Source of the DNA: an uncultured Ramlibacter sp.
GTDB lineage: Bacteria > Pseudomonadota > Gammaproteobacteria > Burkholderiales > Burkholderiaceae_C
Assembly (NCBI GenBank): GCA_964652405.1
Contig: CAZZAW010000001.1
Span: forward strand, 205-64,204
Length of the DNA: 64,000 nt
Reading direction: 5' to 3'
Under the pieces are notes generated by a model, which did no database searches, was not told the DNA's origin, and worked only from the letters and a program-made list of their open reading frames with translations. Both the position numbers and the translations under genes were made by a program. How positions within the stretch are numbered: position 1 is the first letter of the stretch; every line of letters begins with the position of its first letter. Below are positions 55,929 to 64,000 of the stretch, one piece after another.

Positions 55929-56975
55929 TCACAGGCTGATGGCAGGCAATTCGGTCCGTCCGGAGGGGTTCAGCACAGGCAGTGCGCTTGGCGTCTCGGC
56001 AGGCGCTTCACCCGACTTGTCGCTGGCGGCCAACTCCTTTGCCGAACGAACGACAGTTGCCAGCGATGTGGGAGTGAAGGCATTCGCTCCGCTTTTCGCG
56101 CGCGTCGCTGGCGGCGCCGGGTTGAAGACAACGATGCCATGGTCAGGATCATCGAAGGCAAGCGGATGGTCCGCCTGAATGTCCTCCATCATCTTTTCCA
56201 CCGCCTGGAAGTCGATCCCTGCCGCCGCTTCAGCAGCCGCATCGTCCCCTGCCTGCTTGAGTGCATCGGCCATGGTGACACCCGAGCGAAGCTGCAGGTC
56301 CGCTACGTAGAACGGCTTGAAGTCGTATGCCGGCGAGCTCTTCTCGTACATGCACAACTCCAGTGGTGCGTGGCGAAGCTTGTCCTTGAACAGGGCCGCC
56401 AGCGTCATCAGCTTGGCGCTCAAGGTACGGTATGTGTGAATGCCTGAGCTTTGGAATTCGAACACCGACAGCTTGTCTTCCTGGTCCGGAAGCTGCACAG
56501 ACAGACGGACCTGCAGATCGCAGCGGCGCGTTTCGGAGTTGGCGAACGCGCAGGCCTGTGGACCGAGACAGGTCTCCTGCTTGACAGCAGACTGCCCCGC
56601 TTCGATCCTGGTGCACCGCTCACCATCGCCCACACACACTCTCCTGTTGAGGGCTGTGTCGAAGGCCTCGTATCTGGCCGAAAGGCCGTGCTTGGCCTCA
56701 TTGAAGACCACCTTCACCGGGATGCGCTGCAGCTTGTCCACGCCTTTGCGGACGGCTGCTTGCACCGGGTGGGGCTTCAGCTTGGGCCAATGGTGTTCGT
56801 CCCCAGGTTCATCGTGTGACCGGCCAAGCACTTCGAAGTCGTCGATCTGTCGGAAGTCCTCGCCCTCGCCCGTCGACGCAAAGCGGATGACGCCGGTGAC
56901 GTGCATGCCAGGCACGAAAAGTTTGTTCAGCATGATCTGGTCCTGAGTTGGTTGTTCTTCTATGGAAACATGCAA
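55929..56975 (-). CDS. Gp3-like / recombination directionality factor-like metal-binding protein
   Basis: IPVKVVFN...LSARYEAFD...VCVGDGE..C...C.GP..C...C..RLSVQ...FEFQSSGIHTYRTL. Confidence 0.6.
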   Translation of the reverse strand: MHVSIEEQPTQDQIMLNKLFVPGMHVTGVIRFASTGEGEDFRQIDDFEVLGRSHDEPGDEHHWPKLKPHPVQAAVRKGVDKLQRIPVKVVFNEAKHGLSARYEAFDTALNRRVCVGDGERCTRIEAGQSAVKQETCLGPQACAFANSETRRCDLQVRLSVQLPDQEDKLSVFEFQSSGIHTYRTLSAKLMTLAALFKDKLRHAPLELCMYEKSSPAYDFKPFYVADLQLRSGVTMADALKQAGDDAAAEAAAGIDFQAVEKMMEDIQADHPLAFDDPDHGIVVFNPAPPATRAKSGANAFTPTSLATVVRSAKELAASDKSGEAPAETPSALPVLNPSGRTELPAISL

Positions 56976-56992
56976 CGACGCTTTGTCAAGGC

Positions 56993-57937
56993 CTAGTGGC
57001 GCGTGGCCTGAACGGTCTGTCCATGCTGCCCCGCCACATTGACGATCGACTGAATCCCATCTAGACCCACTTGATGTGCTCGCAGGGGAACCGCACAGGT
57101 CTTCGCTGCCTCTTCGTCAGCCTGCAGGTGCACGATAACCGTGTCCTGGTTGTACATCTCGACATCCCAGAGCCGAGCGCCACAGTACTCCCGAAGGGCC
57201 GGAATCCACGCCTCAATCCCCGCCTGGATAGCCTCGGCGGCAAAGTCGGGTGCGAGGACGCGGCAAGACCCGGACACACTCCGGTTGGGAACCGCAACGT
57301 CGATCGCAGCTTCAATGCGCTGCCGCAACCGCACATCGGGCATCGCCTCCGCCATCGGAAGCGTCGGCCAGGTCAGTGGCTTGCTGATTGCGCCGGCGAG
57401 AAAGGCCAGCGTTGGTGAACCTTCGGGCAGCTTGAAATCCGCCCTGCTTTCAACCTTCAAGCTGGGCTGCTTGCGCAAGGCCAGGTGTTCCAGCTTCTCC
57501 CGCATCATCGACGGTGTCCACATGCAGATTTCGTCGTAGGCGATGGGTGCGCTGTACAGCGTGACTTCTACCTGGTATCCGAGCCAGTCCTGCAGGTTGG
57601 ACCGAATGAGGCTGATGGTTGGTCGCAGCTCCTTGCTTCCATCACTCAGGAACGAAGCGGCGGCTGGCTGCAGAAGCACTGGGATGAGGATGAGCGCTGA
57701 ATTGATTTCCACGCGATGACCGCCGCGCTTTGCGGCTGCCACATAGGTGGTGTAGCCGACCTGTCCGCGAAGGTGCTCGAAAAAGCTGTCCTGGCGGCTC
57801 GCGCGGGCGGCGGCATCCTGCAGCCAACTGTCATCCCTGCGTTCAAGGGCGTCGTAGATGGCACGCAGGTCATCGGCCGCTTCCAGCACAAAGCGTGGAA
57901 GCTCGTTCGAATCGGGGTTCTGAGATGGGTCTTTCAT
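56993..57937 (-). CDS. Hypothetical protein
   Basis: 314-aa ORF heading the minus-strand gene run; natural composition. Confidence 0.55.
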   Translation of the reverse strand: MKDPSQNPDSNELPRFVLEAADDLRAIYDALERRDDSWLQDAAARASRQDSFFEHLRGQVGYTTYVAAAKRGGHRVEINSALILIPVLLQPAAASFLSDGSKELRPTISLIRSNLQDWLGYQVEVTLYSAPIAYDEICMWTPSMMREKLEHLALRKQPSLKVESRADFKLPEGSPTLAFLAGAISKPLTWPTLPMAEAMPDVRLRQRIEAAIDVAVPNRSVSGSCRVLAPDFAAEAIQAGIEAWIPALREYCGARLWDVEMYNQDTVIVHLQADEEAAKTCAVPLRAHQVGLDGIQSIVNVAGQHGQTVQATRH

Positions 57938-58064
57938 ACTCTTGGCCTAACGTAGCATGGGACCCGCCTCCGTCAAGAGCGGCAAAAGTCGATTTCGTCG
58001 CAAAGCGGTGCCTAGACAACTCGGTTTTTCGGGGTATCTTGGTTTGAAGGAGCGATTCACCCAG

Positions 58065-58949
58065 ATGACTACACCTCAGATCCGAGACGGCGCGCTGCAG
58101 GATAGCCAGATGATCCTGGGCATGCCAGCTGCCGACTATCACGCCGATGTGAGCGCGCAGTCGTGCAGCTTGCTCAAGGAAATGCTGGCCTCCCCTGCCC
58201 ACTACCGTGCGCAGTTTTTCGAGGTGGCCGGCAAGAGCAAGGCCCGCGATTTCGGCACCCTCGTTCACACGCTAGTACTGGAGCCGCAGCGACTCGCGGT
58301 GGAGTACGCAGTTTTTTCTGGCCGTCGGGATGGTCGTGATGCGGAGTTCAAGGAGTTCGCGCGCAGCCACCCGGACGTTATGGTGGTGGACGAGTTCGAA
58401 TTGAAGAAGGCACGTGACTTGGCCAGCCGGATGCTGGAGCGCCCCCTCAAGGGTCGCCCGTTCGGAGACTATGTTCGCGAGGGCGACAAGGAGGTTGTCA
58501 TCTACTTCACCGACCCCTCGGGGGTCCGTTGCCGCGTCCGGATCGATCTCTGGCATCCTGAGCTGGTGTGCGACTTGAAGACCAGCATCACGGCCGTGCC
58601 GGCGCAGTGGTTGCGCAAAGCGCTGGGCTACCACTACGACATGCAGGCCTACATGTACTCGCTGGCATCCTGCCTGTACAAGGGGGCTGAAGAGGCCCTG
58701 CCCTTCTACTTCATGGTCGGCGAGAGCGGATCACCACATGCAGTCAGCCCGATGTTGGCCGGGCCGAGCTTCCTGGAGAACGGTGGGAAGAAGTACAAGC
58801 AAGCAGTAGAGGCGTTCGCAGCTTGCAGCCAGGTCAACCATTGGCCTGACAGTGGAGAAGACGCCGTCCTTGAGCTCGATCCTTGGATGGTGTTCTCGGA
58901 CGCTGGGCCTGCTTGGCGCAAGCAACTCGATCTGCGAGCCGCGCCCTGA
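58065..58949 (+). CDS. RecE/exonuclease VIII-like PD-(D/E)xK nuclease (DUF3799-like)
   Basis: DYHA...SCSLLK...SPAHY, GTLVHTLVLEP, CRVRIDL, DLKT, YDMQAYMY. Confidence 0.85.
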   Translation: MTTPQIRDGALQDSQMILGMPAADYHADVSAQSCSLLKEMLASPAHYRAQFFEVAGKSKARDFGTLVHTLVLEPQRLAVEYAVFSGRRDGRDAEFKEFARSHPDVMVVDEFELKKARDLASRMLERPLKGRPFGDYVREGDKEVVIYFTDPSGVRCRVRIDLWHPELVCDLKTSITAVPAQWLRKALGYHYDMQAYMYSLASCLYKGAEEALPFYFMVGESGSPHAVSPMLAGPSFLENGGKKYKQAVEAFAACSQVNHWPDSGEDAVLELDPWMVFSDAGPAWRKQLDLRAAP

Positions 58950-58951
58950 GA

Positions 58952-58988
58952 AGCGTGCTCGCTCCGCTAATAGCGGACGAAGCACGCT
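58952..58988. repeat. Isolated iteron embedded in a hairpin downstream of trfA
   Basis: GTGCTCGCTCCGCTAATAG at 58955-58973 within AGCGTGCT..TCCGCTA-a-TAGCGGA..AGCACGCT. Confidence 0.75.
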
Positions 58989-58999
58989 CGACCGCCAAG

Positions 59000-60052
59000 C
59001 TAAAGCAGTTGCTTTGTTGCAGCCTGCTTGAGGCTGGGCAGCCTGACGGGCGCTTTCTTGACGTAGACGGTGTCGCCCTTGATCTCGTACGACTCGAGGA
59101 ACCTGATCTCCACCAGCCGTTCAAGGGAGTTCTGTACGCGCCGGCGGAAAAAGCGGAGGTCCTTCTGCTCGCTTCGGCTGAGCTCGTGGATCTTCTGCAG
59201 CGTGATCGGGTACGGGTCCCGATGGCTGGTGAAGTAGGAATGGAGCCAAAGCGTTAGGGTCGCGCGCGGCCCAATTTCTTTGCGCTGCTCCCACGTGATG
59301 AATGTGGTGCTGTCCTCTCTGAACAACTCCGCGATCATGGGCTCGAAACGGACCATCCAAGCGGTTCCACCGTCAGGCGTTTCCGCCTTCCAGGCGTACT
59401 CTCGGATCAGTGACCCGGCATAGCCGCTCGAACCGTCCTTGACCTGGATCTTCAGTTCGTTGGCCTTCAGGCGCTTGATGCTTTCTTTCGCGCGGTCGTA
59501 CGACTCTGAATGGATGCGCCATCCGAGATCCTTCACGAGCTGGTAGCCGCTGAAAAAGATGGCGTCGCCGATCCGTTGGCGGGCGGCCATGTTCATCAGT
59601 GCCATCCACACGCTAAGGTCGTCCTGCTGAAGCTCCTTACCGGTGTAGAGGATGGTGAAGTTCGACAGACTGACGACGTTCTCGTCTTCAAAGTAGTGCC
59701 GCTGACGTGAGGTGCGCGTTCCGAACAGCCCGCTGCGGATCATGGGGTTGGGTACACCCCGCATCTCGTCGCTCCACAGCGGCAATACCTGCTGGAGGAC
59801 AAGAGCTTCCTGCTCACTCTGCCTACGGGCCAGTGACTCAGCTGCTTTCGCTCGTACCCACTGGACGGAGTCGCCACCCCGGACTCGGTGACCCTTGGCA
59901 GCCGGAACCTTGCTGGTCAACTTCGATGCGCTTTCGCCGGTGGACACGCCAGGCAGTGCGAGCAAGCTGTCGTCTCCAGTAGGTTTATCCGCCATCGAGT
60001 GATCCTCAGGGTAGGTTGCGGCCGAGTATGACTTCATCAGCGGTGTCGTCAA
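59000..60052 (-). CDS. trfA: Plasmid replication initiator, TrfA family (alternative start 59995)
   Basis: LPLW...RGVPNPMIRSGLF, YTGKELQQDDLSVW, GSLI, WLHSYFTSHRDPYPI; adjacent iterons. Confidence 0.88.
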   Translation of the reverse strand: MTTPLMKSYSAATYPEDHSMADKPTGDDSLLALPGVSTGESASKLTSKVPAAKGHRVRGGDSVQWVRAKAAESLARRQSEQEALVLQQVLPLWSDEMRGVPNPMIRSGLFGTRTSRQRHYFEDENVVSLSNFTILYTGKELQQDDLSVWMALMNMAARQRIGDAIFFSGYQLVKDLGWRIHSESYDRAKESIKRLKANELKIQVKDGSSGYAGSLIREYAWKAETPDGGTAWMVRFEPMIAELFREDSTTFITWEQRKEIGPRATLTLWLHSYFTSHRDPYPITLQKIHELSRSEQKDLRFFRRRVQNSLERLVEIRFLESYEIKGDTVYVKKAPVRLPSLKQAATKQLL

Positions 60053-60058
60053 GGAGTT

Positions 60059-60745
60059 CTATTAGCGGAGCGAGCACGGTTTTCTTCGGCTGTTTGATTC
60101 TTGAAAAAAGAGCGCTGCGCATCGCAGTGGCGGTGGAGGTCGCCTTGGTGCCTCTATGACTATGAAAGAAGACTAAGAAAGACTAGCGTTCTGCGCAGAG
60201 CTAGTGCTGGTGCGGGTTCGGGCCTGTGGATAGTGCCCGGTCCGCTATGGATTCGCGGTCGCTGCGCTAATAGCGGACGCTGCACAGCGCTATTAGCGGG
60301 CCTGGCACGTTGTGTTCGCTCCGCTATGGAGTTATCCACATCCAGGTACCGGCCGAGCAAGGTGCTGATGCGTGCTTGCTCCGCTAATAGCCGAGGCTGA
60401 TCGCGTCCGTGCCTGATCCGCTAATAGTTGCCGGGTCCGCTCCACAGGTGTGCTCGCTCCGCTAATAGTCGCACCACCCTGGGCTGCGCGAAGGGGCTTC
60501 GCTCCGACTGCAGCTGGACGCGTCGGCAGCGCTGACGCTGCCGGCTATGCGTTTCCGCCGAGGGCTCCACCCACTATTAGCGGAGCGAGCACGCTCATCG
60601 GTTCGCAAAGTGGGAGAGAACCCTGACGCAAGCCCTTGATTTAATAGCCTTTTCTTCTGTGAGTAGGTGCTCGCTTCTGAAAATACTAAGCTACAGCAAT
60701 GACTTAGGAGCGCTCCTCGGTTTTGCGTGCCCGTTCCGCTAACTA
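60059..60745. repeat. Replication origin: 19-bp iterons (consensus GTGCTCGCTCCGCTAATAG) and DnaA boxes
   Basis: Copies at 60059-60077(-), 60372-60390, 60409-60427, 60450-60468, 60574-60592(-); degenerate copies near 60312 and 60727; TTATCCACA at 60332-60340 and TGTGGATAG at 60225-60233; AT-richer tract near 60640-60700. Confidence 0.85.
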
Positions 60746-60774
60746 AGCACTCGTGTCCCGCGAGACTAGCGTTA

Positions 60775-61917
60775 TCAGGGTGTGCCCAGGGGCAGCTGGC
60801 CGGCGCAGATCTTCTGGATGCCGTCGACCAACTCCTTCAGAGTCTTGCCGTCCAAGCCCTTGATCGTGAAGTCAACTTGGCCGCGGGACTCGAAAACCTT
60901 GATCGTCCCTTGCTTGTCTCCGACCTTGACCTTCGTGCTCTCCGGCCGCGTGCGGGACTTGGGTCCCTGCAGCTTTGAGCGAACCAGGTCGATGACCTGT
61001 TGCTTGCCCAAGTTCTTGGATTGGACTTCGCGAATCACTTCCTCTGCAATGGCCTCATAGTGGTCGCGCTTGGACGAGTAGTCGTCTGCGGTGAAGAGAG
61101 CACTGATTTCGTAGGCGATCGTGAAGTGCGTAGTCTGCTCGTGCTCGACCATCAGGCGCCGGAGGCGGTCGGGGATTCGCTCGACGCGAAGGTACATGCT
61201 GACCGTGGACTTGGTCAGGGGTGCACCTTTCGAGTCCGTCATGTCAGCTGCAAGTTCATCCTGGGACGCATACACGCCATCGTCCAGGAGCTTGCGGAAC
61301 ATCACGGCCAGGTCGAGCGCTGTCTGGGAGCTGCGGTCCTCGTTCAATGACTTGGATCGTTTGAACTGCTCTCGAGGGTCCTTCGGCGGCGGCTCGATCT
61401 TCACCTCAAGATATTCCAGTCCGCTGGACCTGGCCGCGCGAAGACGCGTTCCGCCGTCATCGAGCTCGATCCGCCCGTCAGGCTTCACCCAGCCGTTTGC
61501 GGCGACCTTCTGCTTGCCCTCCCCTGTCGTGCTCTCGGTGAACGACATGCTGATCCGATCAACATCAACAGCGCGGTAGTACACTCGCGCGCCGTAGGTA
61601 TTCGGATCGATCAGCGCGATCGGTACTCGGTAGACCCTTCCGACCACAAAGCGGCTTGGGTTGAAAACAGGCACCGCGTCAGTGTCGGCAGACCCGGCTG
61701 CAATCTCCTGCACCAGTCCCTGGCCGCCGAACGCACTCGGATGGCTTTGCACGAGCTGGCTTGCTCGTTCGGCCCTGCTCACACCTCCGCTGAAGCGCTC
61801 TTCGCTTCTTTGTACGGCTGCAGCTGAGAGACTGTCGTATGAGGATGCTAGGTCAAGCCGCGGCTTGGACGGTTTCGCCTTGTCCTTGGGTTTCACGGGT
61901 GCAGTTTGCTTGTTCAT
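60775..61917 (-). CDS. parB: Plasmid partition protein ParB
   Basis: IDPN...AR, DDGGTRLRA, LNEDRS, HTH SQDELA...TKSTVSMYL; overlaps the parA stop. Confidence 0.85.
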   Translation of the reverse strand: MNKQTAPVKPKDKAKPSKPRLDLASSYDSLSAAAVQRSEERFSGGVSRAERASQLVQSHPSAFGGQGLVQEIAAGSADTDAVPVFNPSRFVVGRVYRVPIALIDPNTYGARVYYRAVDVDRISMSFTESTTGEGKQKVAANGWVKPDGRIELDDGGTRLRAARSSGLEYLEVKIEPPPKDPREQFKRSKSLNEDRSSQTALDLAVMFRKLLDDGVYASQDELAADMTDSKGAPLTKSTVSMYLRVERIPDRLRRLMVEHEQTTHFTIAYEISALFTADDYSSKRDHYEAIAEEVIREVQSKNLGKQQVIDLVRSKLQGPKSRTRPESTKVKVGDKQGTIKVFESRGQVDFTIKGLDGKTLKELVDGIQKICAGQLPLGTP

Positions 61918-62612
61918 TTGCGTCCCCCTTTCTTCGACGGGAGGCCGATGATTCGCAGGACCTCGTCAGCAAGTGCTTCCACCTCGCGAACGCTCTCCTC
62001 TGACTTCGGCAGGTTGTGGACGGTAGAGCCAATCAGCATTGACCTGGAATAGGCCTTGCGGTCTCCGAGGGCCGTTTTTGTTGGCGGGATCTCTTGGTCT
62101 TTTTGCAGGGTCCTGAGTGCAGCCAGGTCATCCTTGAAATGAAGCTTGGCGGCATTCGGAACGACGCGGATCGGAAACTGGTCACCGCCTAGCGTGTCCC
62201 AGGCCTTCTTTGCCAGCCGTTTAGCGGCCGGGAGGGCATCCATGTCGGTCGCGTTCAGCTTTGTGGGGATAAGCGCAAGCGACGACGCCAACAGAGCTCC
62301 CCACGTAGCAGGCTGCTCGACACTAGGAGCGCAGTCCGCCACGATGATTTCGTACTTCTTCGACAAGTCCGCAAGCTCGGTGGCCACTCGCTCTCCGTAG
62401 CGGAATCCTGACCAGCACTTGGCAGGGAAGTACTCGCCCGCGTTGCGCGCAATCCAGCTCGAAGAGGTTTGCTGAGGGTCCAGATCCGCAACAAGCACCT
62501 CGTAGCCCCTGCGGCCAAGCGTGCCCGCAAGCTGACACGAGGTTGTCGTCTTGCCGCTCCCGCCCTTCTCGTTGTAAACGCTAATAATGATTCCGGATCG
62601 TTCTTGCGCCAT
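61914..62612 (-). CDS. parA: Plasmid partition ATPase ParA
   Basis: NEKGGSGKTT, DLDPQ, IVADCAP. Confidence 0.92.
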   Translation of the reverse strand: MAQERSGIIISVYNEKGGSGKTTTSCQLAGTLGRRGYEVLVADLDPQQTSSSWIARNAGEYFPAKCWSGFRYGERVATELADLSKKYEIIVADCAPSVEQPATWGALLASSLALIPTKLNATDMDALPAAKRLAKKAWDTLGGDQFPIRVVPNAAKLHFKDDLAALRTLQKDQEIPPTKTALGDRKAYSRSMLIGSTVHNLPKSEESVREVEALADEVLRIIGLPSKKGGRK

Positions 62613-62754
62613 TAATTCCTCCAGTTTGTAGCATTCTGAGGCTAGTCCGCGTTGCTGTCGAGCCTTGTACGTGCCCCACGTGGTCTCGTTCGACCGGCAA
62701 GTTCAAGCTACTGCAATTCGCGCATTCCGCAACCCTAAACTCCAGCGCGAACAT

Positions 62755-63123
62755 GTTCAACCGGTTGAACTCCGGCCTCAAGCACAGACCGGCCTGGTGG
62801 CGTGCAATATCTCGGGGCCCCTCACTCGTTAGGTGGCCAACCAGTTCAACTGGTTGAACTGGGTCAGGTCGAGCAACTTCTGATTGGGGAGTTCAAGGCC
62901 GAACTTGCCCTGGAGCTCATCCGGGCGTGATGGGGTGCGTATAGGGCGCCCACTATGGCCTGCGCATCTCGACCGGCTAGAGGCTCAGGCCGTTGTTCAA
63001 CCGGTTGAACTGGTCCCCGGTCTGGTGCGGGCATGCATACCCCTCGCCTTGTTGCCGGCCCCGATGCCATGGGCCGGGCTCCTCCTTATGCGGGTGGCCG
63101 GTTCTCAGTTCAACCGGTTGAAC
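62755..63123. repeat. Putative parS centromere: four 16-bp palindromes GTTCAACCGGTTGAAC
   Basis: 62755-62770, 62844-62859 (one mismatch), 62995-63010, 63108-63123; upstream of parA. Confidence 0.8.
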
Positions 63124-63125
63124 CG

Positions 63126-64000
63126 CTACAGACTTGGAATGAAAAGCCCGCGTGTGCGCCCGCCGCCAACGCTCACCACTTGATTCGCTTGGACTACCTG
63201 GAAGAACGTCCGGCGGAGCTGTGCAGGGGTCAGCCGGTGCTGCGCTACATGCTTTTGTTGCCGGTATCGATCAAACCCTCGTGTAGAGAGGAGGAAGTCA
63301 GTGCGGGTTCTCCAGCTCGACTTCGATACATCGGCCGCAAGTGATGGGTTCAAGGTCATCATGGCCCCGTCGTATTGCCCCAGTAGCCGGCCAAATCGGC
63401 TCAGCGAGGAGCGCAGATCAATGGTGCCAGGAAGGCGCGTCCCAGTGGCTTGATCCGTGACTGCTGCGAACTTCCATACCGGTTCGTGGTGGGCCAGGCG
63501 GTTTCGGATGATGTTCATCTCAGTCAGGTACGCGAGCGCTAGCTTGCGCTTGTTGGCGTCGAGCCAATCACTAGGAACCGCATTTAACGGATGGTTGGGA
63601 AAGATGGCGGGAAACAGAGTCCCCGCATACCGCGCATCCACGATGTTTATGACGCCTGGCCAGAAGCCAAACGTCAGACGCGAAACGATCTCGTCCGGCC
63701 CCGGCTTCTTGTGCTTCTGGCGAACGGCAGTGATCTTGTCGCGCAGGTGGGGGGTCAGTTGCGCCCAGATCGTGTCGTACCAGGCATAGCTCGCGCTGGT
63801 GCCGCGGGAGTAGAAGTGCGACATGGCGCGATGGACGTTATTCCGCAGCGCGATCTCGAAATGGCAGAGTAAGGCGCTGATGCAGCTGGACAGCTCAATG
63901 TTCCACATGTACAGGCCTACGGCCTCATCCAGCGTCACGTGGAAATAGCGGCGATAGCTGTCGAGCCTCGGCTTGGCGATTGCTTGCTCGAAGTCGGCCG
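63126..64000 (-). CDS. Abi-like (Abi_2/AbiD-F) HEPN protein, 5' end outside the window
   Basis: Frame is open to the window edge (..IAKPRLDSYRRY..LYMWN); FEIALRN, LTFGFW, HEPN RNRLAHHEP. Confidence 0.8.
   Translation of the reverse strand, partial: ADFEQAIAKPRLDSYRRYFHVTLDEAVGLYMWNIELSSCISALLCHFEIALRNNVHRAMSHFYSRGTSASYAWYDTIWAQLTPHLRDKITAVRQKHKKPGPDEIVSRLTFGFWPGVINIVDARYAGTLFPAIFPNHPLNAVPSDWLDANKRKLALAYLTEMNIIRNRLAHHEPVWKFAAVTDQATGTRLPGTIDLRSSLSRFGRLLGQYDGAMMTLNPSLAADVSKSSWRTRTDFLLSTRGFDRYRQQKHVAQHRLTPAQLRRTFFQVVQANQVVSVGGGRTRGLFIPSL

Noticed and set aside
60059-60745. Repeats as a CRISPR array
   Set aside because: Mixed orientations, irregular spacing, no cas genes; adjacent trfA and DnaA boxes indicate iterons.
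62755-63123. Palindromic repeats as CRISPR or REP elements
   Set aside because: Only 16 bp with spacers of 73, 135 and 97 bp, located upstream of parAB; parS fits better.

Overview
GC-rich backbone of a large conjugative plasmid, probably from a betaproteobacterium (host inferred from gene content; it recalls pMOL28/pHG1-type Burkholderiales backbones). Most genes are on the minus strand. From left to right: type IVB pilus genes (pilR-Q-O-P-N); a P-type Trb T4SS in Ti-like order, interrupted between trbL and trbF by a membrane tandem-AAA ATPase, an orphan tnpB with its right end/omegaRNA and two inverted unknown genes; DUF4400, TraD and a MobH relaxase homolog; FlhDC-like activators; a cargo block (primase, VWA, DUF3150, class II RNR, ssb, MoxR AAA); an AcaB-like gene plus UvrD; a PRTRC ubiquitin-like cassette; recombination genes; a trfA-iteron origin; parAB-parS; and an Abi/HEPN gene. 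Most notable: (1) five sequence-divergent but structurally conserved RNA leaders with mutually exclusive helices over the Shine-Dalgarno sequence, upstream of cargo operons; (2) an intact E1-E2-JAB-Ubl (PRTRC) cassette whose Ubl has a C-terminal pro-extension; (3) a relaxase lacking its metal-binding His/HD residues, next to a coupling protein with a degenerate Walker A; (4) an active-site-intact tnpB with no left end, placed at the end of a tra-linked gene run; (5) a shared GCGGA-N9-AACTCRGTT promoter motif. All family calls are by eye from motifs and synteny; no database searches were run.
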